A stretch of DNA of 57,563 nucleotides from an uncultured Planctomycetales bacterium. Lineage in GTDB: Bacteria > Omnitrophota > Gorgyraeia > Gygaellales > Profunditerraquicolaceae. Positions 29,034 to 37,082 of the stretch are shown here, piece by piece. The DNA lies in contig CAZJFL010000002.1 of NCBI GenBank assembly GCA_964545575.1, positions 1 to 57,563 on the forward strand, given 5' to 3'. Numbering within the stretch: the stretch's first letter is position 1; every line of letters starts with the position of its first letter. Position numbers and translations under genes: made by a program. The notes under the pieces were generated by a model. It was not told where the DNA came from. It saw only the letters and a list, made by a program, of their open reading frames with translations, and did no database searches.

Positions 29034-30063
29034 AACGCTGATTTCTTCGGTGCACAGCCTTTACCGGTTGATCAATTCTACTTTTGAATTAAATGACCTG
29101 ATTACGCGCCTGAGTAGATTGCTCTGTCAAATATTTAACGCTAAATCCTGCCTGGTGATACTGATTGACCCGACAAAGAGGCATTCTTTATTTAAATGCC
29201 TGATCAGCAGAGGCAAGAAATATACCGTCGATAAAAAAGCAAAGATTGCTAACTCCGTTGAAAAGAGGATCATTAGGACCGGATCATCCTTAAGGAAAGA
29301 TTATCTTCTGGGGATACCTCTGGTTTGCGAAGACGTCATCGGCCTGATCATCATCCAGAGGAGTAAAGATGACATACCGTTTGATAGGTTTGAAAGCGAA
29401 GTTTTAAATACCCTGGCCGAACAGGCAATCATCGGCATAAAGAACCTGCAGTTATACGAAGAGCAACAGAGAATAGTCTTAGGCAGCATTAAGTCGCTGG
29501 TTACGCTTCTGGATATACGCGTTCCCCGGGAGTATACCCATTCGCCGTATTTTAGCCGCCTGGTAGTCTCGATAGCGCACCAGATGCATCTTGACCAGAA
29601 ACAGATAGAAAGCCTCAAATACGCCAGCCTCCTGCATGACGCCGGAAAAGTAGACATCCCTATGGAGATACTCACAAAGACCACTAAGCTTACACCCCAT
29701 GAATATATGATCATCAAGCGCCATCCGGTAAAAGGCGCCCAGATACTTAGGCCGCTGCAGATTTTAAGGCCGGTAATCCCTATTATTATGCACCACCATG
29801 AGAAATACGACGGCACAGGCTATCCTTCAAGGCTAAAGAAAGGCCAGATCCCCCAGGGCGCACGGGTAATGGCGGTTGCCGATGCCTTTGAGGCGATGGT
29901 ATACGGCAGGCCTTACCGCGAAAGGATGGATATTAACTCTGCCGTAAAAGAGATAAAAAAGAAAAGCGGTACCCAGTTTGACCCCAAGGTAGTCGAGGCT
30001 TTCTTAAAAATTTTAAAGAAGGTAAATTTAAAGCAGTATACTCAAGGACCCCTGGGCAGATGA
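28993..30063 (+). CDS. GAF-like + HD-GYP c-di-GMP phosphodiesterase
   Basis: LLHDAGK and HHHEKYDGTGYP motifs. The start is uncertain because the ORF overlaps the previous gene by 41 nt. Confidence 0.88.
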   Translation: MNTKNYLTHTKKYKTLISSVHSLYRLINSTFELNDLITRLSRLLCQIFNAKSCLVILIDPTKRHSLFKCLISRGKKYTVDKKAKIANSVEKRIIRTGSSLRKDYLLGIPLVCEDVIGLIIIQRSKDDIPFDRFESEVLNTLAEQAIIGIKNLQLYEEQQRIVLGSIKSLVTLLDIRVPREYTHSPYFSRLVVSIAHQMHLDQKQIESLKYASLLHDAGKVDIPMEILTKTTKLTPHEYMIIKRHPVKGAQILRPLQILRPVIPIIMHHHEKYDGTGYPSRLKKGQIPQGARVMAVADAFEAMVYGRPYRERMDINSAVKEIKKKSGTQFDPKVVEAFLKILKKVNLKQYTQGPLGR

Positions 30064-30599
30064 AAACAGAAAATAATTCGCAGTTAGAATTGTTTGGCGA
30101 TATCAAAGGTGCCCTTGGCCAGGCGCCCCAGAAGCGCGGCTCTTTTTTCGGGCGTATGCAGGGCTACGAAAAAAAGGTGTTGCTGGTGATATGCTTTATT
30201 GTCGTCGCTATTGCCGCATTTTCCTTAGGCGTAGAAAAAGGCAAAAAGATCACACCAGAGGTAAATCTAGTTGCGGCCAAAACGCAGGTAGTTTTGCCAG
30301 AGGCTCCCGAGAAACAGGCTCCGGCGCTTATGCGCAAAGAGGATTCTGTTAATCCTAAGGAAGCCAAGAGCCCTCTAGAACGATATACTATTCAGGTAGC
30401 TAGCTATAAGACTGCCAGATACGCCCAACAGGAAGCAGAAGAATTCAGAAAAAAAGGCCTCACCCCTTTAATTATCACTAAAGGGGTTTATACCGTATTA
30501 TACGTAGGGAATTTTCCTGATCAGGAAGCAGCAAAATCGGCATTATCGGAATTAAAAAGGCAAAAACGTTATGCAGGTTCAATGGTAAGGAGGTTATAA
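30060..30599 (+). CDS. SPOR domain protein (membrane anchored)
   Basis: One TM helix and a C-terminal SPOR-like repeat (YTIQVASYKTARYAQQEAEEFRKKG). Confidence 0.75.
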   Translation: MKTENNSQLELFGDIKGALGQAPQKRGSFFGRMQGYEKKVLLVICFIVVAIAAFSLGVEKGKKITPEVNLVAAKTQVVLPEAPEKQAPALMRKEDSVNPKEAKSPLERYTIQVASYKTARYAQQEAEEFRKKGLTPLIITKGVYTVLYVGNFPDQEAAKSALSELKRQKRYAGSMVRRL

Positions 30600-30601
30600 A
30601 A

Positions 30602-30898
30602 ATGTCAATACACCCGTCATTAAGTAAAACCGGCAAGGATAGTAAGCCTAGATCCGTCTTAAAGCGCACCGAGCGTTTAAGAACGATGATGGAGAAGGGT
30701 GGCTGGAAAGAAGGGGACGATGTTTACGGCCTGCCTAAAATCAAGACCATAAGGATTAAGATCAAGAAAGAAAAAGCGGCGGAGAAGCCGGAAGCAGCAG
30801 CGGTTGAAGGTGCTGCACCAGCCGCAGCCGCTGGCGAAACCAAGGAACAAATTACCCCGGCAAAAGGCGCCGCCGCCAAGGGGCAGGAAAAGAAATAA
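30602..30898 (+). CDS. small basic protein family (MSIH..SL...RSVLKR..R) with Ala/Lys-rich tail
   Basis: The N-terminal 50 aa match the pattern of the conserved small basic protein family found in PVC and spirochaete genomes. Confidence 0.6.
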   Translation: MSIHPSLSKTGKDSKPRSVLKRTERLRTMMEKGGWKEGDDVYGLPKIKTIRIKIKKEKAAEKPEAAAVEGAAPAAAAGETKEQITPAKGAAAKGQEKK

Positions 30899-30899
30899 T

Positions 30900-31388
30900 A
30901 TGTATACCCAGCGCCGGATATGCGTATTTTTCGCACTGGCGTTATTCCTCTGGTTTAATAATCTTCGGGCCGCAGATTTTACCCCTTTTAGGGGAGAGGT
31001 TAACTCCTCGGATATCAATCTACGCGCTGACGCCACCATCTACTCCGAAAGCATCCTGAAGCTAAATAAGCAAGATTCTTTAGAGGTAGTAGCAGAGTTT
31101 TACGACTGGTATAAGGTAAGGCTGCCAGAAAATACGGCCGTATTTATTAAAAAGGATTATGTCGCGTTGGCCGGTGAGAAGTCAGGCAGGGTCAGGGGCA
31201 ACAACGTGAATATCCGCCTGCGTCCGAGCGATTCTTCGCTGATAGTAGGCAAAGTTAGCCGGGATGAAACAGTGAACATCCTCACAGAGGAGTTCGGCTG
31301 GTATAAAATAGAGGCGACAAAGAACAGCTTTGGCTGGATACATAAAAAATTTCTGGATAGGGTAAAGGCGGTGGATAAAAAAGAATGA
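30900..31388 (+). CDS. secreted tandem bacterial SH3 domain protein
   Basis: I chose the start at MYTQRR (signal-peptide-like). Two SH3b-like repeats (VNIRL/INLRA ... GWYKI/DWYKV ... GWI). Confidence 0.7.
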   Translation: MYTQRRICVFFALALFLWFNNLRAADFTPFRGEVNSSDINLRADATIYSESILKLNKQDSLEVVAEFYDWYKVRLPENTAVFIKKDYVALAGEKSGRVRGNNVNIRLRPSDSSLIVGKVSRDETVNILTEEFGWYKIEATKNSFGWIHKKFLDRVKAVDKKE

Positions 31389-32002
31389 ATATTGTAGGAT
31401 TTTTGTTCTCCTTTGGTTTATTGATCCTGGCGATGAGCGTGCATGAGTTTTCTCACGGCTGGGTAGCCTATAAACTGGGAGATAATACCGCGCGCTATTC
31501 CGGAAGGCTGACCCTGAACCCTTTGGCGCATATAGACCCGATCTGGACTGTGCTTATTCCGCTTACCCTTTTTTTGACTAGCGGCGGGCGTTTTATTTTC
31601 GGCGCGGCCAAGCCCGTACCGATAAATTATTGGGCCCTGAAAAACCCCAAAAGGGATATGCTCTGGATAGGATTAAGCGGCCCCTTAGCCAACTTTATCT
31701 TTGCTTTTCTTTTGAGTATCTTACGCAGGGTTATTCCCGCTCCCTTGATCGTAAGTTATCTCCTGGGAAACCTGATCTTAATCAATATCGTCTTGGGAGT
31801 CTTTAATCTTATACCTATTCCGCCCCTGGACGGTTCGCGGATTTTAGCGGGGTTGCTTCCCGAGCCCCTCGCTTCCAGATACGCGGCGATTGAGCCTATG
31901 GGTTTCATTATCATAATAATTTTTCTTGCCACCGGCATGTTTGATTTTATTGTCTGGCCTCTAGTCAGGATAATAGCTGGATTCATGGGGGTAAGCTTTT
32001 AA
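31385..32002 (+). CDS. site-2 protease family (M50) membrane metalloprotease
   Basis: HEFSHG zinc motif, polytopic, NLIPIPPLDG motif. Confidence 0.85.
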   Translation: MNIVGFLFSFGLLILAMSVHEFSHGWVAYKLGDNTARYSGRLTLNPLAHIDPIWTVLIPLTLFLTSGGRFIFGAAKPVPINYWALKNPKRDMLWIGLSGPLANFIFAFLLSILRRVIPAPLIVSYLLGNLILINIVLGVFNLIPIPPLDGSRILAGLLPEPLASRYAAIEPMGFIIIIIFLATGMFDFIVWPLVRIIAGFMGVSF

Positions 32003-32005
32003 AAA

Positions 32006-33091
32006 ATGAAGACCATAAAGGTTAGGTTAAAAAAACGTTCCTATGAAATTATCATCGGTAGCCGGATTTTGAGGCTTTTGGGAAAATATGTTAAAAAGCT
32101 AAACTTAGGTTCTGATGCCTACGTGATTACAAACGCCTACCTAAAGAATAAATACGGTAAACTGCTTAAGGGGGCGCTTAGAGCCGCGCGATTGAGCGTA
32201 CGTTTTAAACTGGTTGCCGACAGCGAGCAGAGCAAGTCCATCAATACGGCTTCTCGGGTAATCGAGGATTTAACGCGCTACGATAAGAAAAGGCGCATTT
32301 TTATCATTGCCTTCGGAGGAGGTGTAGTCGGAGATCTGGCCGGGTTCATCGCCTCTGTCTACAAACGGGGTATACCCTACGTGCAGGTTCCTACTACTTT
32401 ATTAGCTCAGGTTGATTCCAGTATCGGAGGTAAGACCGCAGTTGATTTGAGGCAGGGAAAAAACTTAATCGGGGCCTTTTATCAGCCAAGATTAGTCTTT
32501 AGCGATGTCAGCTTGCTGGAAAGCCTCAAACCCCGGCAGGTGAAAGCGGGTTTGGCGGAAGTAGCTAAATACGCAGTGATTAAAGATGCCCGCCTGTTTG
32601 ATTATTTAGAAAAAAATTACCGCAAAATTCTAAAAACAGAAGAGCCGGCTTTAGAGTTTATCGTTTCCCGCTGTAGTTTAATCAAAGCGCGCATTGTAGA
32701 GCAGGACGAAAGAGAGGAAAGGGGGATCAGGACGATTTTAAATTTCGGCCATACGCTGGGCCATGCCATCGAAGCAGCGGGCAGTTATAAAAAATATAAT
32801 CACGGCGAAGCAGTGGCTATAGGTATGCTTTTAGCCTCAGACTTAAGTAGAAAAATGAAGTTGCTTAACCAGGCGCCGGCCTTAAGGTTAGAACAGCTTA
32901 TCCGGAAGCTCGGCCTGCCGGATAAGATAGACGGTATCTCAGTCAAGAAGATAATCGCCGCGCATTACCGGGATAAAAAATTCATCGGCCCTAAAAACAG
33001 ATTTGTGCTGACCAGAGGTATCGGCAGGACGCAAATAAAAGAAGCTGTGGCGCTAGAAGCGATAAAAGAGGTTTTAAAAAAGAGGTCCTGA
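32006..33091 (+). CDS. aroB: 3-dehydroquinate synthase
   Basis: GGGVVGDLAGF, VPTTLLAQVDSSIGGKTAV, LNFGHTLGHAIE. Confidence 0.93.
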   Translation: MKTIKVRLKKRSYEIIIGSRILRLLGKYVKKLNLGSDAYVITNAYLKNKYGKLLKGALRAARLSVRFKLVADSEQSKSINTASRVIEDLTRYDKKRRIFIIAFGGGVVGDLAGFIASVYKRGIPYVQVPTTLLAQVDSSIGGKTAVDLRQGKNLIGAFYQPRLVFSDVSLLESLKPRQVKAGLAEVAKYAVIKDARLFDYLEKNYRKILKTEEPALEFIVSRCSLIKARIVEQDEREERGIRTILNFGHTLGHAIEAAGSYKKYNHGEAVAIGMLLASDLSRKMKLLNQAPALRLEQLIRKLGLPDKIDGISVKKIIAAHYRDKKFIGPKNRFVLTRGIGRTQIKEAVALEAIKEVLKKRS

Positions 33092-33094
33092 TGC

Positions 33095-33589
33095 TTAGTT
33101 GGGGGTTCTAAGCGTGATAGTTGAGTCTTCAGATTTAAGCTCTACCAGATCATGCGTTATACTGAGCACCGTTGCCCCGCAAACTTTATCTCCCTCCCTT
33201 ACAATCTGATTGTTAATTAAAGCAAAGCCCGCATCTTGAGAGAAGAATACCCCGTTTAATACGAAAGAAGGGGAAGGCGTCTTTGGTGTTTCCAGAGCTT
33301 TGGCGGTTAAGTCTGGCGGGGGAGCGGGCGGCGGGGGCAGGGCAAGAGGCGGAGGCGCGACCTCCGTTTTTAAAGGCGCGGCAGGCGCGGCAGCGGTTTT
33401 ATTTTGCGCTGGCGGATGAGCGAATAAGCTAAAAGATAAATTAGCGATAAATAACACCAGGGCCAGCACCAATATGTACACCAGATACGCCTGAGGGGCT
33501 TTTTTTTTGTTTTTTTCCTGCCGGGGGGCAGGCGGATTAGCGCCGGTAGATTCGTTCACCTTTTTTAAGGCATCGTAGATTACGCTCAT
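33095..33589 (-). CDS. GspB/ExeB-like protein (TM anchor, Pro-rich linker)
   Basis: I chose the start at MSVIYDALKK (GspB-type N-terminus), with an ATGA overlap onto the ExeA stop. One TM helix and a PPPAPPP linker. Confidence 0.6.
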   Translation of the reverse strand: MSVIYDALKKVNESTGANPPAPRQEKNKKKAPQAYLVYILVLALVLFIANLSFSLFAHPPAQNKTAAAPAAPLKTEVAPPPLALPPPPAPPPDLTAKALETPKTPSPSFVLNGVFFSQDAGFALINNQIVREGDKVCGATVLSITHDLVELKSEDSTITLRTPN

Positions 33590-34404
33590 TGTTTTACAAA
33601 ATAATGGTCCAGTTCTTCCGCACACCTATTAAAGATATCAAGGTCTATCAGATTAGTTTCTGCCACAAAACCTGCCAGAAGCGCCCGGTCACAAATGATA
33701 TTGATCAGGCGCGGCATCCCTGCGGAAAAGTCAGAAATTGCCTGAAGCGCTTCCTGGCTAAACTTTATCCTGCCGCCCGCACCGGCAACGCTTAAGCGGT
33801 GATGGATATAATTTTCGACCTCTTCTTTGACCAGGGGGCTGATATGGTAGCGGACCGCTATCCTCTGCTGGAGCTGGCGCAGTTCGTAGAGGTTTAACTT
33901 ACGGTTCAGCTCGGGCTGGCCCACCAGTATGATCTGGAGCAGTTTATTTTTTTCCGTCTCCAGATTAGAAAGCAGGCGTATTTGTTCCAGCTGGTGCGGC
34001 TTTAAGTTTTGCGCTTCGTCGATAATCAGGGCTACGTTATTTCCGTTTTCCGACTCCTGCAGCAGGAAGCTGTTTAATCCCCAGATAAAGGAAAAACGCG
34101 ACTTGCTTTTTATGGCGATGCCGAAATCTTTTACTATGGCCTCTAATAATTGTATCTGGGAAAAATAGGGATTCAGGATAAAGGCGGTCTTTACGTCTTT
34201 GCCTAACTGGTTAAGGAAAAACCTGCAGAGCGTAGTTTTACCCGTGCCTATTTCTCCCGTAATCACGATGATACCCTTCCTGTTGCTGATGCCGTAATGC
34301 AGGTGCGCGAGCGCTTCTTTATGCTGCCTGCTCAGGAAGAAAAAGGTAGGGTCTGCGGTTACGTTAAAAGGCCTCTCTTTTAAGGAATAAAACTGGCAGT
34401 ACAT
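33586..34404 (-). CDS. ExeA/GspA/MshM-like AAA ATPase (short form, no peptidoglycan-binding domain)
   Basis: FYSLKERPF, GEIGTGKTTLCR, LIIDEAQNL, LLQIILVGQPEL. Confidence 0.88.
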   Translation of the reverse strand: MYCQFYSLKERPFNVTADPTFFFLSRQHKEALAHLHYGISNRKGIIVITGEIGTGKTTLCRFFLNQLGKDVKTAFILNPYFSQIQLLEAIVKDFGIAIKSKSRFSFIWGLNSFLLQESENGNNVALIIDEAQNLKPHQLEQIRLLSNLETEKNKLLQIILVGQPELNRKLNLYELRQLQQRIAVRYHISPLVKEEVENYIHHRLSVAGAGGRIKFSQEALQAISDFSAGMPRLINIICDRALLAGFVAETNLIDLDIFNRCAEELDHYFVKQ

Positions 34405-34467
34405 AGGTATCCTTTGGTTGATTATATTATAACAGAAAATAAGCTGATGTAAATATCTCCTATATTC

Positions 34468-34558
34468 GGTGTCAAAATGTCAAGGTGTCAGAGTGTTAGA
34501 GTAAACCTGATACCATGACACCCTGATACCATGACACTTTGATACACGCTCTGATACG
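34468..34558. repeat. hairpin-type element built from GTGTCA/GTATCA-type 7-9-nt units
   Basis: Left arm is GGTGTCAAAATGTCAAGGTGTCAGAGTGTTAGAGT. Right arm is CTGATACCATGACACC repeated, followed by TTGATAC. Same unit vocabulary as 7175-7232. Confidence 0.7.
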
Positions 34559-34564
34559 CAGCTA

Positions 34565-34593
34565 TTGACAGACGGTAAAATATATGTTATATT
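34565..34593 (+). promoter_or_regulatory. sigma70-like promoter for PilZ gene
   Basis: TTGACA, 17-nt spacer, TATATT. It coincides with the spurious TTG start given in the ORF track. Confidence 0.55.
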
Positions 34594-34648
34594 TTATCTA
34601 AATCAGGGAGAAAAAGCCACGGCTTCCTTGAACCAGAAGGGAGCAAAT

Positions 34649-34993
34649 ATGGTTTTTATACCAGAAGAGAAGAGGCGCTTTCCCCGTATAAAAGTCCGGC
34701 TGCCGCTACGTTATCAGGTCAGAGGTACCCCTGAGTTTAATAATGTCATCACCGAAGATATTAGTTTGTCCGGCATAGGCTTTGCCAGCGATAAGTTTAT
34801 TGCCCCGGCGACTAAAGTGATGTTAGAAATCAATGCCTTGTTGCACATCCTTACTCCTATAGGCAGGGTCGCCTGGACCGCATCTTCGCCGCATTCTGAC
34901 AAATACCATTCGGGTGTCGAGTTTGTCCAGCTGGACCGGAACCAAAAAAAGTACCTCCAGGATTTTATCGGCATGCAGGCATTGAGAGTATAG
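34649..34993 (+). CDS. PilZ domain protein
   Basis: EKRRFPRIKV plus DISLSGIGF motifs. ATG 34649 is preceded by AAGGGAG. Confidence 0.8.
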   Translation: MVFIPEEKRRFPRIKVRLPLRYQVRGTPEFNNVITEDISLSGIGFASDKFIAPATKVMLEINALLHILTPIGRVAWTASSPHSDKYHSGVEFVQLDRNQKKYLQDFIGMQALRV

Positions 34994-35008
34994 AAAGGAA
35001 GATATAAA

Positions 35009-35200
35009 ATGGCAGCTCCCGAGGCAAAACCAACGGTAACACAGACAGCACCGGCTGCGCCGGCTAAGCCGGTAGTGGAAAAACAGACTAATTGCCCGGC
35101 TTGCAATAAGCCGATCAGGAAATTAAAACGCTATTACCGCGACGGTAAGTTTTATTGCGATAAAGAGTGCTGGAGAAAGTTTACCGCCCCCTTAAAGTAA
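35009..35200 (+). CDS. small zinc-ribbon-like protein (Pro/Ala-rich N-terminus)
   Basis: CPACNKPI...YCDKEC gives four Cys. Preceded by an AGGAAG SD-like sequence. Sandwiched between two PilZ genes. Confidence 0.5.
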   Translation: MAAPEAKPTVTQTAPAAPAKPVVEKQTNCPACNKPIRKLKRYYRDGKFYCDKECWRKFTAPLK

Positions 35201-35217
35201 GAAAAACAGGCCTAAAT

Positions 35218-35574
35218 ATGACCAAGCGAAAAAGCGGTATCGAAAGAAGGCGGCACCCGAGGCTCGAGCAGGCCTTACCGATCAGGATTGCGGCTAACGG
35301 TTATGATTTTTTAACCAGCACCCAGAATATTAGCTGCCTGGGCGCTTATTGCCGTCTGGATAAGTATATACCGCCTTTCACCAGAATCGCGGTAAGGCTG
35401 ATCTTGCCCAGTATCGCGCGCAAGAAGGAAGATTCCCGCGTGGAATGTAAGGGCGTAGTAGTCAGAAGCATAGACGCAGAAAACGGCGGCTTTAACATCG
35501 CCATCTTCTTTAACGAAATCGCAGATACCCAGAAGAAAAAGATATCCCAGTATATAAGCCGATTCTTGGCATAA
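35218..35574 (+). CDS. PilZ domain protein
   Basis: ERRRHPRLE plus QNISCLGAY motifs. I chose the start at MTKRKSG. Confidence 0.8.
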   Translation: MTKRKSGIERRRHPRLEQALPIRIAANGYDFLTSTQNISCLGAYCRLDKYIPPFTRIAVRLILPSIARKKEDSRVECKGVVVRSIDAENGGFNIAIFFNEIADTQKKKISQYISRFLA

Positions 35575-35592
35575 AGTTTCCCGCGGCAGATT

Positions 35593-36111
35593 ATGGGCCA
35601 GATTAAAAAACCCCAACCGGTAAAATTGATTACCGGTTTTATTTTTAAGGATGAAGCGGTATTAAAGAAGGCTGAGTCCTTCCTCAGCAAACAGTTCGGC
35701 GCAATAGATTTCCAAAGCCAGATCCTGCCGTTTAATTATACCGACTATTATGAAAAAGAGCTGGGGAAGAACCTGAAAAGACAATTTATCAGTTTTAAAA
35801 AGCTGATCCGGCCAGAGGGATTATCCCGCATTAAAATAATCACCAATAATATCGAGCGTAAATTGTCTTTCCGGGGAGCGCGCCGGATTAATATTGACCC
35901 CGGTTACCTTAACTTTTCCAAACTCATCCTTGCCTCTACCAAAGATTACAGCCACCGCATCAGTTTAGGCAAAGGCATCTACGCAGAACTGACCCTGCTT
36001 TATCAAAATAAGGCTTTTGGGCCCCTCGCCTGGACTTATCCGGATTATCGCACGCCCCAATATAGCGCAGTTTTTACGCGCATCAGGGAAATCTACGCCC
36101 GGCAGGTATAA
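35593..36111 (+). CDS. DUF4416 family protein
   Basis: KLITGFIF...FNYTDYYEKELG...INIDPGYL pattern typical of DUF4416. Confidence 0.7.
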   Translation: MGQIKKPQPVKLITGFIFKDEAVLKKAESFLSKQFGAIDFQSQILPFNYTDYYEKELGKNLKRQFISFKKLIRPEGLSRIKIITNNIERKLSFRGARRINIDPGYLNFSKLILASTKDYSHRISLGKGIYAELTLLYQNKAFGPLAWTYPDYRTPQYSAVFTRIREIYARQV

Positions 36112-36113
36112 AG

Positions 36114-37082
36114 ATGTATCCAGCGTACCTAGAATCATACCATCAGGGGAAACTGAGCGAAACCAGCAGAATAGTTTCTCGAATGCTTGGTTCTTGCAGC
36201 ATCTGCCCCCGCAAGTGTAAGGTCAACCGCCTTAGGAACGAGAAAGGTTTTTGCAAGACGGGACTTAAGCCTAAGGTTTGCAGTTTTATGCCCCACCACG
36301 GAGAAGAGCCTCCAATATCCGGCATACAGGGTTCAGGGACGATATTCTTTTCTTACTGCAATATGCGCTGCCTCTATTGCCAGAATTACGCCTTCAGCCA
36401 GCTGGGGGAGGGCAGGGAGGTGGAAATCGAGGAATTAGCCGATTTTATGCTGCAGTTAGAGGGGATGGGTTGCCATAATATCAACCTGGTTACCCCTACG
36501 CATGTGCTGCCGCAAATACTGCAAGCCTTGTGCCTGGCTATACCGCGGGGTTTAAAAATCCCCCTGGTATATAATACCGGCGGATATGAATTACCGGAAA
36601 TCATCAAATTATTAGACGGCATCATAGACGTATATTTAGCAGACGCCCGTTACGCAGATAACGATATTGCTATAAAATACTCCGCAGCCCCGGATTACCC
36701 TAAGTTTAATCAGGAATCACTAAGACAGATGCACCGGCAGGTCGGTGTTGCCAAGATGGATAATCAGGGTATAATAAAAAGAGGGTTAATTGTCCGGCAC
36801 CTGGTGATGCCGGGGAATATCTCGGGAACGGCTAAAATTATGCAGTTTATTGCCCGGGAGCTGTCCCCGGACACTTATGTGAGCCTGATGAGCCAGTATT
36901 TTCCCTGTTATCAGGCAGAGGGAATCCCTGAGATTGCGCGCCGCATTACTGATCAGGAATACGCCGCTGCCTGCGAGGCAATGCAGGAATGCGGATTATA
37001 TCAGGGCTGGACTCAAGACACCGGAGGCTTAGAACGGTTTGCCGGGACTAATATTAAGTCTATCTTTAAAGAAGGACGATGA
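36114..37082 (+). CDS. radical SAM protein, PflX-like (pyruvate formate-lyase activase homologue)
   Basis: CNMRCLYCQN (CX3CX2C) plus an upstream CSICPRKC...C cluster. Confidence 0.88.
   Translation: MYPAYLESYHQGKLSETSRIVSRMLGSCSICPRKCKVNRLRNEKGFCKTGLKPKVCSFMPHHGEEPPISGIQGSGTIFFSYCNMRCLYCQNYAFSQLGEGREVEIEELADFMLQLEGMGCHNINLVTPTHVLPQILQALCLAIPRGLKIPLVYNTGGYELPEIIKLLDGIIDVYLADARYADNDIAIKYSAAPDYPKFNQESLRQMHRQVGVAKMDNQGIIKRGLIVRHLVMPGNISGTAKIMQFIARELSPDTYVSLMSQYFPCYQAEGIPEIARRITDQEYAAACEAMQECGLYQGWTQDTGGLERFAGTNIKSIFKEGR

Noticed and set aside
30804-30899. N-terminal extensions drawn by the ORF track for several genes (30804, 9753, 34565, 35167, 33625, 41331, 22308).
   Set aside because: The extensions overlap the preceding gene or contain the gene's own promoter or SD. 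Internal starts give canonical N-termini (signal peptide, PilZ RxxxR, GspB MS.IYDALKK, and so on).
36017-36478. Three overlapping + strand ORFs in alternative frames across the DUF4416 / radical SAM junction.
   Set aside because: They are out of frame with a motif-complete radical SAM gene. Their products are Arg/Pro/Gly-rich, which is typical of off-frame translation.
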